The notes under the pieces were generated by a model that searched no databases, had not been told where the DNA came from, and worked only from the letters and a program-made list of their open reading frames with translations. Source: Syntrophales bacterium (GTDB taxonomy: Bacteria; Desulfobacterota; Syntrophia; Syntrophales; CG2-30-49-12). From it: a stretch of 64,000 nucleotides of DNA. The stretch spans positions 11,795 to 75,794 of the forward strand of contig JBAZOY010000001.1 of NCBI GenBank assembly GCA_041648505.1, given 5' to 3'. This document shows positions 1-9,041 of this stretch, in pieces (the stretch's first letter is position 1; each line of letters starts with the position of its first letter). Made by a program: the position numbers and the translations under genes.

Positions 1-1
1 A

Positions 2-619
2 ATTGTTGATGGTGGGGGTAGTAACTTATATATAAGTTTTCAAGCTTTTAAGGTCAAAGAAGGACAAAGGTTCGCAACATCAAGTGCTATTGCCGCTATG
101 GGTACTGGATTACCTGAAAGCATTGGTGCGTGTTTCAGTACTAATAAAGGACGGACCATCTGTCTCACTGGTGACGGCAGTCTTCAACTCAATATTCAAG
201 AGTTACAAACTATCGTACACCACAAACTTCCTATTAAAATCTTCGTAATGAATAACGATGGTTATTTAGCCATACGGCACACGCAAAAATCTTTCTTACA
301 AAGCAATTTTACAGGATCATCTCCTAATGGTGGTTTAACCTTGCCGGACTACCAGAAAATAGCAAAAGCGTATGGACTTAAAACGGTTCGTATCGATAAA
401 GATAATGACTTATTGAAAGGAATTCAGGGGACATTAAAGGCGCCGGGGCCAGTTCTTTGTGAAATAATGGTATCACCAGATCAGGAACTTATTGCAACAC
501 AAGGCTTTGATAGTAATGAAGATGGAACATTTTCACCAAGACCTTTAGAGGATATGTACCCATTTTTAGATCGTAAAGAATTTTTAGAAAATATGTTTAT
601 TAAGCCTTATTCAAAGTAA
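2..619 (+). CDS. Thiamine-pyrophosphate-dependent enzyme, C-terminal TPP-binding domain (acetolactate-synthase-like); 5' end lies outside the window
   Basis: The frame is open from the window edge. The translation contains MGTGLPESIGA and GDGSLQLNIQELQTIVHHKLPIKIFVMNNDGY, which fits the GDG-X24-NN TPP-binding motif. Confidence 0.8.
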   Translation: MVDGGGSNLYISFQAFKVKEGQRFATSSAIAAMGTGLPESIGACFSTNKGRTICLTGDGSLQLNIQELQTIVHHKLPIKIFVMNNDGYLAIRHTQKSFLQSNFTGSSPNGGLTLPDYQKIAKAYGLKTVRIDKDNDLLKGIQGTLKAPGPVLCEIMVSPDQELIATQGFDSNEDGTFSPRPLEDMYPFLDRKEFLENMFIKPYSK

Positions 620-651
620 TTGAGATATCAAGAAAATACAAGCGGTAAAAA

Positions 652-825
652 GTGGGAATAGAAATAAATCTGTTGGCAACACACCCAGCGGCAAATCGCG
701 ACTATGACAAGCGACGCCAGGAAAAAGCCCGGAAATTATTCGTATAGCTAAAGAGTTCGGAAAGGACTTCTTCGATGGCGATCGTAAATGCGGCTATGGG
801 GGTTACAAGTATGACGGCCGCTGGA
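652..825 (+). pseudogene. Frameshifted orphan copy of the 5' end of the methyltransferase gene at 2462
   Basis: Positions 661-825 align base-for-base with 2468-2633 and are near-identical over the last ~120 nt. A 1-nt deletion (gaaaaagcccgg versus gaaaaaaccccgg) shifts the frame, so the translation VGIEINLLATHPAANRDYDKRRQEKARKLFV runs into a stop. Confidence 0.8.
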
Positions 826-869
826 TGTGTCGGACAAAGCATTTACTGGGCCGTTTTAAGGTGTAATTC

Positions 870-1748
870 GTGTATTTAATTGTTGGAGCATCCGGGTTTA
901 TCGGCAACAGGCTTTATCGCTCGCTAAAAAGGCGGCGGGATAAAGTGAAAGGGACTTATTTTCTTAACAACAAGAATATCGACCCCGATGACGCGATCTA
1001 TCTCAACCTTGAAAAAAGCGAATTCGGCAGGAACGATGGCGCCGACCCGGTCAAATATGTCGTGTTATGTCATGGCATTCCCGGTATTGACCGCTGCAAA
1101 CTTGAAAGGGATAAAACCAGCAAAGTGAATGTGGAAAATACAGTCAATTACCTGAGAACTTTCGACCCGAAAGTGACAGTGCCGCTAATGCTTTCAACAA
1201 ACTTGGTCTATAACGGCAAAGACGCCTTCCCGGTGGAAGATGACAATCCTGACCCGATTGTTGAGCACGGCAGACAAAAACTTGAGGTGGAGCGCTTCAT
1301 TGAAGAGCGTTTCCCTAGGCACATTATCCTGCGTTTGACCAAGATGTTTGGCATCCAGAAAAATGATGGCACGATTTTTACCTCCTGGCTCGACCGGTTT
1401 GAAAAACGTGAAACCGTTCTTGCCACAGACGATCTTTTTATTTCTCCATTATATGTGGACGACATTATTGCAGTATTGCTCGCGTTAATGGACAAGGATT
1501 TGAGCGGAAAATATAATCTTGGCGGACGGCAGGTTGAAAGCATTCACTGGTTTTGCAAATGGGTCGCCGCGCGTTTCGCCGTACCGGAAAATTTGGTCAG
1601 GCGCGTGTCGGCTGGAGACCTAGGTTTTGTTGAAACTAGGCCGAAATATAATAGCCTATGCTCGGAGAGAGTGCTGGCCGCGACGGAAGTTAAATTGACA
1701 GATTATGAAAAAAGCTTTGACTTAATGGCAAAAAACTACGGGAAATAA
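870..1748 (+). CDS. NAD(P)-dependent sugar epimerase/reductase (SDR, RmlD-like)
   Basis: GTG start. The N-terminal Rossmann motif is LIVGASGFIGNRL. The length (292 aa) and polysaccharide-locus context fit. Confidence 0.7.
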   Translation: MYLIVGASGFIGNRLYRSLKRRRDKVKGTYFLNNKNIDPDDAIYLNLEKSEFGRNDGADPVKYVVLCHGIPGIDRCKLERDKTSKVNVENTVNYLRTFDPKVTVPLMLSTNLVYNGKDAFPVEDDNPDPIVEHGRQKLEVERFIEERFPRHIILRLTKMFGIQKNDGTIFTSWLDRFEKRETVLATDDLFISPLYVDDIIAVLLALMDKDLSGKYNLGGRQVESIHWFCKWVAARFAVPENLVRRVSAGDLGFVETRPKYNSLCSERVLAATEVKLTDYEKSFDLMAKNYGK

Positions 1749-1759
1749 GGAGATTTGAG

Positions 1760-2455
1760 ATGGGCAACAAACGAGCGAAAGAATCTCAATACGATGTCCA
1801 GTTTGAAACAATAAATAAAAAAGGACCTGTTGAACTTGGACCAACGCCAAGCCATCTTTGGAGGAATGATCCCCGTCACCTTTGCTTCTTGCTTTCCAGG
1901 TATAAATTTGTCTCTAAGCTTCTTGCTGATAAGAAGAATGTACTGGAAGTCGGGTGCGGTGACGCTTTCGGAACGCGTCTTGTACTGCAAACGGTCAGGC
2001 GGGTCCATGGGGTGGATTTTGACCCCCTGTTTATCGAATGGGCAATAGATCGGTATCAGAAAGAAGGTTTTAACGCTTCGTTTGAAGTCGTGGATTTGAC
2101 CAAACGGTCGCCAACCGGCGGTCCATATGATGCCGTTTATGCGCTGGATTTCATAGAACATATAAAAAAGGAAAAGGAAAATGTCGTTATCGATAATATT
2201 TGCAGGGTGTTGAAGCAGGACGCTGTTTGCATTCTGGGAGCGCCAAATGTGGCGGCCAGCCGATATGCCGGGCGGGACAGCGGCATGGGCCATATAAATT
2301 TGAAAGGGGCGGAAGAAATGAAAAGTTTGCTGTCAGAATACTTCCATAATGTATTTATCTTTTCGATGAATGACGAAGTTGTGCATACGGGTTATTCACC
2401 AATGGCGCATTATCTATTGGGAATGGGCGTCGGTAAAATTAATGCTACCGTTTAG
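1760..2455 (+). CDS. Class I SAM-dependent methyltransferase
   Basis: Motif I is VLEVGCGDAFGT, followed by an acidic post-I motif (VHGVDFD). Length is 231 aa. Confidence 0.75.
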   Translation: MGNKRAKESQYDVQFETINKKGPVELGPTPSHLWRNDPRHLCFLLSRYKFVSKLLADKKNVLEVGCGDAFGTRLVLQTVRRVHGVDFDPLFIEWAIDRYQKEGFNASFEVVDLTKRSPTGGPYDAVYALDFIEHIKKEKENVVIDNICRVLKQDAVCILGAPNVAASRYAGRDSGMGHINLKGAEEMKSLLSEYFHNVFIFSMNDEVVHTGYSPMAHYLLGMGVGKINATV

Positions 2456-2461
2456 AAACAT

Positions 2462-3118
2462 ATGACTGAAATAAATCTGTTAGCAACCCATCCCAAAGCA
2501 AATCGGGATTATGACAAGCGACGCCAGGAAAAAACCCCGGAAATTATTCGTATAGCTAAAGAGTTCGGGAAGGACTTCTTCGATGGCGATCGTAAATGCG
2601 GCTATGGGGGTTACAAGTATGACGGCCGCTGGAAGGCTGTTGCGCAGAAGATGAAGGAGTATTATCAGTTACCTGAGGAGTGCGCTATTTTGGACATCGG
2701 TTGCGCAAAAGGTTTTCTCCTTCACGATTTCAAGGATCTGATGCCAAATTGCACCGTGGCAGGGATAGATGTAAGCGAGTACGCCATTGACAATGCCATG
2801 CCCTCTGTAAAACCTTATCTTAAAGTTGCCAGCGCAGAAACACTGCCCTATCCTGATAAAAGTTTTGATCTCGTTATCTCGATAAATTCCATCCATAATT
2901 TAAGCCTGGAACCTTTAAAGACAGCCCTAAAGGAAGTGGAGAGGGTCAGCCGGGGACATAGTTATATCACCGTTGACGCCTGGCGAAATGAAGAGGAACG
3001 AGAAAATCTCTATAAATGGGTCCTCACGGCCAAAACGATGATGCATGTGGATGACTGGAAGAAGTTATTCGCTGAAGTCGGCTATACAGGCGACTACTGG
3101 TGGTTTATTGCGGATTAA
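2462..3118 (+). CDS. Class I SAM-dependent methyltransferase
   Basis: Motif I is ILDIGCAKGFLL, followed by AGIDVSEYAI and FDLVISINSIHNL. Length is 218 aa. Confidence 0.8.
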   Translation: MTEINLLATHPKANRDYDKRRQEKTPEIIRIAKEFGKDFFDGDRKCGYGGYKYDGRWKAVAQKMKEYYQLPEECAILDIGCAKGFLLHDFKDLMPNCTVAGIDVSEYAIDNAMPSVKPYLKVASAETLPYPDKSFDLVISINSIHNLSLEPLKTALKEVERVSRGHSYITVDAWRNEEERENLYKWVLTAKTMMHVDDWKKLFAEVGYTGDYWWFIAD

Positions 3119-3183
3119 AATTAGAACTGGCAAAGGGCTAAGGCCAAAAGGAAAGAAAAAGTACCTTTAAGAAGGAGGGAGTT

Positions 3184-3393
3184 ATGATTTATAGGATTAT
3201 TATTGAAAAGGGTGAGGATTTTGGTTTCATCGCTCACTGTCCCGCTATACCTGGATGTCATTCACAGGGTAGCTCGATGGAGGCTGCCATAGAAAATATA
3301 AGGGATGCTATTATAGGGTGTCTGGAGGTAATTGACAGAGACCTGATACCACATGGTGCAGATAAATATACAATTGTGGAGGTTGCAGTTTAA
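3184..3393 (+). CDS. hicB: HicB-family antitoxin (UPF0150-type, short form)
   Basis: The sequence IIIEKGEDFGFIAHCPAIPGCHSQGSSMEAAIENIRDAI is typical of the HicB N-terminal domain. A strong SD (aaggaggg) lies upstream, and the stop overlaps the next start (TAATG). Confidence 0.75.
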   Translation: MIYRIIIEKGEDFGFIAHCPAIPGCHSQGSSMEAAIENIRDAIIGCLEVIDRDLIPHGADKYTIVEVAV

Positions 3394-3623
3394 TGGCAGG
3401 GTTGCCCACTATATCGGGGAAAGAAGCCATAAAAGCATTTCAAAATGCAGGCTGGTCGATAGTAAGAACGGGCAGTAGCCGCCATATCATTATGAAAAAA
3501 CCAGGTGTAATAACAACTTTATCCATACCCGACCATAAAACACTTGATAGAGGATTATTGAGATCGCTTATTAGAGATGCCTTCCTATCAATAGATGAAT
3601 TTTGTAAACTATTAAAAGAATAG
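3393..3623 (+). CDS. hicA: HicA-family mRNA-interferase toxin
   Basis: The sequence ISGKEAIKAFQNAGWSIVRTGSSRHIIMKKPG...TLSIPDHKTLDRGLLRSLIRDA matches the YcfA/HicA pattern. It is translationally coupled to hicB. Confidence 0.75.
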   Translation: MAGLPTISGKEAIKAFQNAGWSIVRTGSSRHIIMKKPGVITTLSIPDHKTLDRGLLRSLIRDAFLSIDEFCKLLKE

Positions 3624-3630
3624 TTTCTCT

Positions 3631-4065
3631 ATGAAACTAAAAAAACAGATTCCCGTATTGCAATCAGTCCATGCCATTCTTTTACTCGATGGCCAATACA
3701 TCCTGCAATTGAGAGATGACAGGCCTGACATCTCAGCCCCCGGCCAATGATCGCTATTTGGGGGAATGATCGTCGCAGATGAAACGCCGTTGAAGAGCCT
3801 ACAGAGGGAAATATTTGAAGAGCTTTCCATCCACCCAAGAAAATTTCAATACCTGTGGTTTATTGATTATATTGCAGAGTTTGAGCAGGATTTGATTCGG
3901 AGTTGGTTTTTTTCTGCGGATGTCAAGGGTGTTCGGTCACACCATAAGCTGCTGGAGGGGCAGGATACGAGCATATTTCCTTATGAGCGAACAAAAGCCC
4001 TGATAATGCCGTGGGTGATGCGGGAAACAATTGAACGATACCAAAAGGAAATGATTCTGAAATGA
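3631..4065 (+). pseudogene. NUDIX hydrolase interrupted by one in-frame TGA (3748-3750) at the conserved Trp position
   Basis: ATG 3631 and ORF 3766-4065 share one frame. The joined translation ...APGQ*SLFGGMIVADETPLKSLQREIFEELSI fits the Nudix box GX5EX7REUXEEXGU (with S in place of the last G). The stop sits where PGxW is expected. Confidence 0.7.
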
Positions 4066-5114
4066 GAACGACCAAAGCAGCCATCCTGTCGCAAATCAAT
4101 CAGCCTCTCGAAATAGATGAACTGATCCTTCCCGAATTAAAACGCGGTCAAGTCTTAGTAAAAATAGCTTATAGCGGCATCTGTCATTCCCAGTTGAATG
4201 AAATAAGAGGACTGAAAGGCGAAGACAAATTCCTGCCCCATACCTTGGGGCACGAGGGCTCAGGCATCGTGTTAGAGGTGGGACCGGAGGTGCAGAAGGT
4301 TCAAGCAAGCGAACATGTCGTACTGACTTGGATAAAGGGCAGTGGGCTTGACATCCCCGCCACTCAGTACCATAGACCTAATGGTGCTGTTGTCAATTCC
4401 GGGGCTATTTCTACCTTTATGGAATACTCCGTCATATCTGAAAACAGGCTTGTACCCATTCCCAGGGAGATGCCCCTCAAGGAAGCCGCCTTGCTTGGCT
4501 GCGCCATACCCACCGGGGCGGGAATTGTTTTTAATACCATACAAGCTAAAGCACAGGATACGATCGCCATTTTTGGTGTAGGCGGCATTGGCATGAGCGC
4601 GGTTATTGCCGCTAAAACTTCAGGTTGCCGGCAAATTATTGCTGTAGATGTTGATCCCTACAAACTTGACTTTTCCCTTAAAATAGGCGCCACTCATGTG
4701 GTTAATGCCGCCAAACAAGATCCTGTTTCAGCTATTATGGATTTGACCGGCGGGCAAGGTGTAGATTATGCCATAGAGGCCGCGGGGTTAAAAGAAACCA
4801 TGGAAAAGGCGTTTGTATCAATAAGTAATAACGGCGGTACTCTGGTTATTGCCGGTAACCTGGCGCATAAAGAAAAAATCTCTCTTGATCCCTTCGATTT
4901 TATAAAAGGAAAGAAAATAATCGGAACATGGGGCGGCGAGTCTCGCCCCGATAGAGATATCCCGCGCTATGTAGAGTTATATTTGGCCGGCAATTTAAAA
5001 ATAGACGATTTAATTACTTCTTGCTTTTGCCTGAATGATATTAATTCTGCTTTGGAAGTTTTTAAAAGCGGCCGCAATGTTATCAGGGTTTTAATAGAAA
5101 ACAGCCTATCTTAA
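4062..5114 (+). CDS. Zinc-dependent medium-chain alcohol/sugar dehydrogenase
   Basis: Contains GICHSQLNE and GHEGSGIV (catalytic Zn site) plus GVGGIGMSAV (Rossmann motif). The ATGA start overlaps the NUDIX stop. Confidence 0.8.
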   Translation: MRTTKAAILSQINQPLEIDELILPELKRGQVLVKIAYSGICHSQLNEIRGLKGEDKFLPHTLGHEGSGIVLEVGPEVQKVQASEHVVLTWIKGSGLDIPATQYHRPNGAVVNSGAISTFMEYSVISENRLVPIPREMPLKEAALLGCAIPTGAGIVFNTIQAKAQDTIAIFGVGGIGMSAVIAAKTSGCRQIIAVDVDPYKLDFSLKIGATHVVNAAKQDPVSAIMDLTGGQGVDYAIEAAGLKETMEKAFVSISNNGGTLVIAGNLAHKEKISLDPFDFIKGKKIIGTWGGESRPDRDIPRYVELYLAGNLKIDDLITSCFCLNDINSALEVFKSGRNVIRVLIENSLS

Positions 5115-5131
5115 AGAGGTCTAAAAAGCGA

Positions 5132-6484
5132 ATGCTGAATATCAAGAGTTTTTTCGGGCGTTACTGGTTGATAAAGCTTTTCCTGTTCCCGGTTTTTCTT
5201 TTTCTTTATATTTTCTATTTTCCTTACCTCTATTTTTTTTACTGCCGGCGATTAAAGCAAATTTCCCGCCAACAACAATTATTTTTTTTGGCCCAAGATC
5301 AATATGGCGCTATTCTACATTTACTTTATTATATCCGCTGTTGGGGCAATGTGCGCAATGGTGCGGTCCTGGTTGTTTTTACCCCTCAAATTGCGTTAGT
5401 TAAGAAGTTGGCCAAACATATTTGTCCGGCGGCGCAGGTTATTTCCCCTCCTGTTTTGTTTTCGAATTTCATACAAAAAGCCCTTGGCGTTTTTACGCGG
5501 CGGTTTGTTTTTACTCCTCTTTATTATAATTTATTGAGAAAATATCCTGAGGCGCTTTATATTTATGATACTAGAAACGACAACAAGGCCGTCTATGTTA
5601 AATACCTGGACGATGTCTATAAAAATCGCCCTCACGATAGTCCGTTTTGGGATGCTTACGTTCGGACGCGCGGCGTGTTTGATTGCCGGTATGACGTTTG
5701 CCAGGATTCCTTTCAATTAGAGAAAGTTTCCACGGGGATAACCGTTGACGAGGCGCGCGTTCGTCGTCTATTGAACGACTTAAAAATATCGGGGAGGTAT
5801 GCGGTAATTAATGTTAACACCAAAGATTATTTTCATGAAACCCAAAATAGCCGTCGCATCCGGCATTATGAACGCTACAACGTGCTGATTGACTATTTAA
5901 TCAACAAAGGCTATTCTGTGGTCTTACATGGCAAAGGCGAACAGCCTTTTTTAAAACCGCGGGAAGGATTCGTTGATTATGCCCACGGCGTTTTCCAGTC
6001 GCCGGAAAATGATTTATTGCTTTTTTACGGGTGTGAATTTTTTGTATCTTCCAAAACGGGGGCCGAAATGTACGGCCTTTTATGCGACAAGCCGGTTTTA
6101 GGGCTTAATTATACCGAACTGTGTGCAATGCAGCCCAATATCCGGTTCCGGTTTTTCCCCAAGCGTATCAAAGATGAAACAGGCAAATATTTGTCATGGC
6201 GCAATCTCTTAACGCACCCAGTCTATTTTCAACTAGGTCGTCTTCTCCATACGCAAGAAAAATATGAGTTTGTTGAAATGGAAGAGCATGAAATTATTGC
6301 CGCTTTGGATGAATTTTTACAGCTTTTGCCTAGGCCGCACGAACAATGGTTAAGCTATAGCGCGCTGCAAAAAGAGTTTAAACAGATGCTGCATCCCGGT
6401 CATTTGGACCTTTACTTTATCAGCGGCGTACCCTGTGAAGTTTATTTAAAAGAAGAGGCTAAGGCGGCATCAGCGGAAACATGA
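5132..6484 (+). CDS. Hypothetical protein with an N-terminal TM segment; possible GT-B-like glycosyltransferase of unknown family
   Basis: The N-terminus is hydrophobic (LIKLFLFPVFLFLYIFYFPYLYFF). The C-terminal half (VVLHGKGEQP...SSKTGAEMYGLLCDKPVLGLNY) loosely resembles nucleotide-sugar-binding halves. I recognised no firm motif. Confidence 0.35.
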   Translation: MLNIKSFFGRYWLIKLFLFPVFLFLYIFYFPYLYFFYCRRLKQISRQQQLFFLAQDQYGAILHLLYYIRCWGNVRNGAVLVVFTPQIALVKKLAKHICPAAQVISPPVLFSNFIQKALGVFTRRFVFTPLYYNLLRKYPEALYIYDTRNDNKAVYVKYLDDVYKNRPHDSPFWDAYVRTRGVFDCRYDVCQDSFQLEKVSTGITVDEARVRRLLNDLKISGRYAVINVNTKDYFHETQNSRRIRHYERYNVLIDYLINKGYSVVLHGKGEQPFLKPREGFVDYAHGVFQSPENDLLLFYGCEFFVSSKTGAEMYGLLCDKPVLGLNYTELCAMQPNIRFRFFPKRIKDETGKYLSWRNLLTHPVYFQLGRLLHTQEKYEFVEMEEHEIIAALDEFLQLLPRPHEQWLSYSALQKEFKQMLHPGHLDLYFISGVPCEVYLKEEAKAASAET

Positions 6485-7911
6485 AATGTAGATTATATAA
6501 GATGGTTGGGTTGAGAGCACTGTTTGTAAAAAAGTTATTCGACGCATCGGGTTTTGACGTTTCCTTGCCCAAATCGTGGGGCCGCGTATGGACAGACCGG
6601 GCAGTATTCTTTGGTTTATTGATCCAAACTTGGCAAGTATTTGTCGGACCAGTTACTGTATTGCTGATTGCGCGATGTCTTACCCGTGAGACGCAAGGTT
6701 ATTATTTTCTTTTTGGAAGTATTCTTGGGTTTCAAGTTTTTCTTGAAATGGGGTTTTCTACAACGCTCGTATATATATGCAGTCATGAATGGGCGCATTT
6801 GCAATTCGATACGGCCGGAAGAGTAATTGGCGATCCCAAAGCATTGGCAAGATTGGTGAGTTTAGGGCGTTTAGTTTTTAAATGGTATGCTGTAGCGAGC
6901 TGTTTTTTTGTGACAGGAATTGGTTTAGGCGGATATCTTTTTCTTAATTCGTCTTCTCACTATAATATCCATTGGGAAAATCCATGGCTGGCTGTTGTTG
7001 TAGTGACGGGGATGCTGTTTTGGACTGCGCCGTTTATTGCAATGCTGGAAGGATGCAATCAAATAGCAGTAACAAATCGCTTTCGTTTATTTCAAGCTAT
7101 TCTTACTACTTTTGTGCTTTGGCTGATTCTGTTTTTCGGAGGCGGATTATGGGCATTATTAGCATCGGCTTGCTCAAGATTAGCATGTAATGTTTACCTT
7201 TTCTTTATCCGTTATGGCCGGTTCTTTGAATTATTCTGGAAATTTTCAAATGGGCATAAAATTAGTTGGAAAAACGAAGTTTGGCCATTGCAATGGCGGA
7301 CCGGGATTTCGCAGATAGTGTCTTATTTTGCCGGCAATTTATTTACGCCGGTTATTTTCCATTATCATGGGGCAGCTATTGCCGGCCAGATGGGGATGAC
7401 TTGGTCGTTGCTTGGAATGCTGCAGTTGGCAGCGCTGGTATGGATAACAACAAGGTCGCCGCGTTTCGGCATGCTAATAGCAAGAAAAGAATATGCAGAA
7501 CTGGACAGGCTTTTTGTAATAACCTGCATTGCTTCCATGGTTACTTTTTTTATCGGCGCTTTTATCTTTTGGGGTGTTATTTCGATTCTATATAATATGG
7601 GATATCCCATAGCAAGTCGCTTCCTTTTGCCATTCCCGACGGCTTTGTTATTGATAGCGGTTATGCTATTGACATTGGCTACATGTGAATCAATTTATTT
7701 ACATGCCCATAAGCGGATGCCAATTGCGGTTTTATTACCACCGGTAATTATTAATTTAGGATCAGGTTGTACTGTTTGGATTTTGGGAAGCCGTTTTGGC
7801 GTCACCGGTGCTGCATCTGGATACTTGGGCATTATGATCGTGTTTGTTATTGTGCAAACTATTGTCTGGAAGCGATGTCGGAATAAATGGCACAAGGAGG
7901 AAATAGCATAG
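6481..7911 (+). CDS. Polytopic membrane protein, putative oligosaccharide flippase (Wzx/MOP-like)
   Basis: 476 aa with many hydrophobic spans. It sits between transferases in a polysaccharide locus, and its ATGA start overlaps the upstream stop. Confidence 0.5.
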   Translation: MKCRLYKMVGLRALFVKKLFDASGFDVSLPKSWGRVWTDRAVFFGLLIQTWQVFVGPVTVLLIARCLTRETQGYYFLFGSILGFQVFLEMGFSTTLVYICSHEWAHLQFDTAGRVIGDPKALARLVSLGRLVFKWYAVASCFFVTGIGLGGYLFLNSSSHYNIHWENPWLAVVVVTGMLFWTAPFIAMLEGCNQIAVTNRFRLFQAILTTFVLWLILFFGGGLWALLASACSRLACNVYLFFIRYGRFFELFWKFSNGHKISWKNEVWPLQWRTGISQIVSYFAGNLFTPVIFHYHGAAIAGQMGMTWSLLGMLQLAALVWITTRSPRFGMLIARKEYAELDRLFVITCIASMVTFFIGAFIFWGVISILYNMGYPIASRFLLPFPTALLLIAVMLLTLATCESIYLHAHKRMPIAVLLPPVIINLGSGCTVWILGSRFGVTGAASGYLGIMIVFVIVQTIVWKRCRNKWHKEEIA

Positions 7912-8940
7912 GTGAATGGATTAAGATTATCAGTAGTGATGGCAAATTACAATCATGGCCGAATCTTAGGGCAGGCCGTAAAAGAAATACTCAGTCAAAG
8001 TTTCTCTCCTTACGAGGTCATTATCATTGATGATGGTTCTACTGATGATAGCATTAAAGTTATAGAGCGTATTGCAAGAGAAAACCCGAATGCAAACATT
8101 AAGTTTTTACGCAACAATCAGAATCAAGGAGCTGTTTATTCCTTTAATCGGGGATTAAGAGAGGCTTCCGGCCAATATATCTATTTTGCCGCGGCGGATG
8201 ATACGGTGTTTCCCGGTTTTTTTGAGAATTCTATGCGTTTATTGGCAAAATACCCGAACGCCGGTTTATGTTCTTTAATGATGAAAACCATTTGTGCGGA
8301 TGGCACTAATGTCCGAATGCCGTTAAAGAATCCATCTCCAGTAGAATGTTACTTAAACCCGGTTGAGTGTTTGCGGTTGTTGCGACAATATGATAGTTGG
8401 ATGGGTGGCAATAGTTGTATATATCGGCGTGATGTTGTTCTTGAATGTGGCGGTTATCTTCCTGAGTTAGGACCAACTTGTGATATATTTCTTGGAATGT
8501 TAGTTGCTCTTAAATATGGAGTCTGTTTTATTCCAAAACAATTAGCAGGTTTTCGGCTGTCGCCAGATAGCTATTCGGCTACTTTTCTGGATTTGAAAGT
8601 ATATTCTTACACTGCCAACTTAATGAAGACTACCTATGCTGACTTATTTCCCGTTGATTATGCCAATTCATGGGAAAGACGTATGATGTATCGTGATACG
8701 ATAAGCGCAATAAAGCAGCTATACAAGCGTCAAATTAACATGATGGAAGATGTTCTTTCGCAAAAGAACTCAGTGGATAAGTTTTTCTTTTTATCTATGA
8801 AATTAGGCATGCACATGCAGCTCATGTTTCTGATATTTTATTTTCTTTTGCGGTTAGGTCCTGATTTGCGGATAGTGCTACAGAGGGGTTTATTAATAAA
8901 GATTAGGTATTTAAAGGCGCGTTTCTGTCCCCAGAATTGA
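7912..8940 (+). CDS. Family 2 glycosyltransferase
   Basis: The sequence LSVVMANYNHGRILGQAVKEILSQSFSPYEVIIIDDGSTDDS is a canonical GT2 N-terminus. A DxD-type AAADD follows. Confidence 0.85.
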   Translation: MNGLRLSVVMANYNHGRILGQAVKEILSQSFSPYEVIIIDDGSTDDSIKVIERIARENPNANIKFLRNNQNQGAVYSFNRGLREASGQYIYFAAADDTVFPGFFENSMRLLAKYPNAGLCSLMMKTICADGTNVRMPLKNPSPVECYLNPVECLRLLRQYDSWMGGNSCIYRRDVVLECGGYLPELGPTCDIFLGMLVALKYGVCFIPKQLAGFRLSPDSYSATFLDLKVYSYTANLMKTTYADLFPVDYANSWERRMMYRDTISAIKQLYKRQINMMEDVLSQKNSVDKFFFLSMKLGMHMQLMFLIFYFLLRLGPDLRIVLQRGLLIKIRYLKARFCPQN

Positions 8941-9041
8941 TCCCCAGTGCCCCTTCACAGCGCGAGCCGCAGCAGCGGTGCTTTTTCGGACGGTACAAAA
9001 TACGTCCGCAATGTTCTCCTCATTCGTCGAGTTAGTGAACT

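Noticed and set aside
3748-3750. Genome-wide TGA=Trp recoding as the explanation for the in-frame TGA
   Set aside because: Many well-supported genes here terminate at TGA at the expected protein end, for example the NUDIX gene itself at 4063-4065, the FnlA-like gene at 14906-14908 and the kinase at 62473-62475. The standard code therefore applies.
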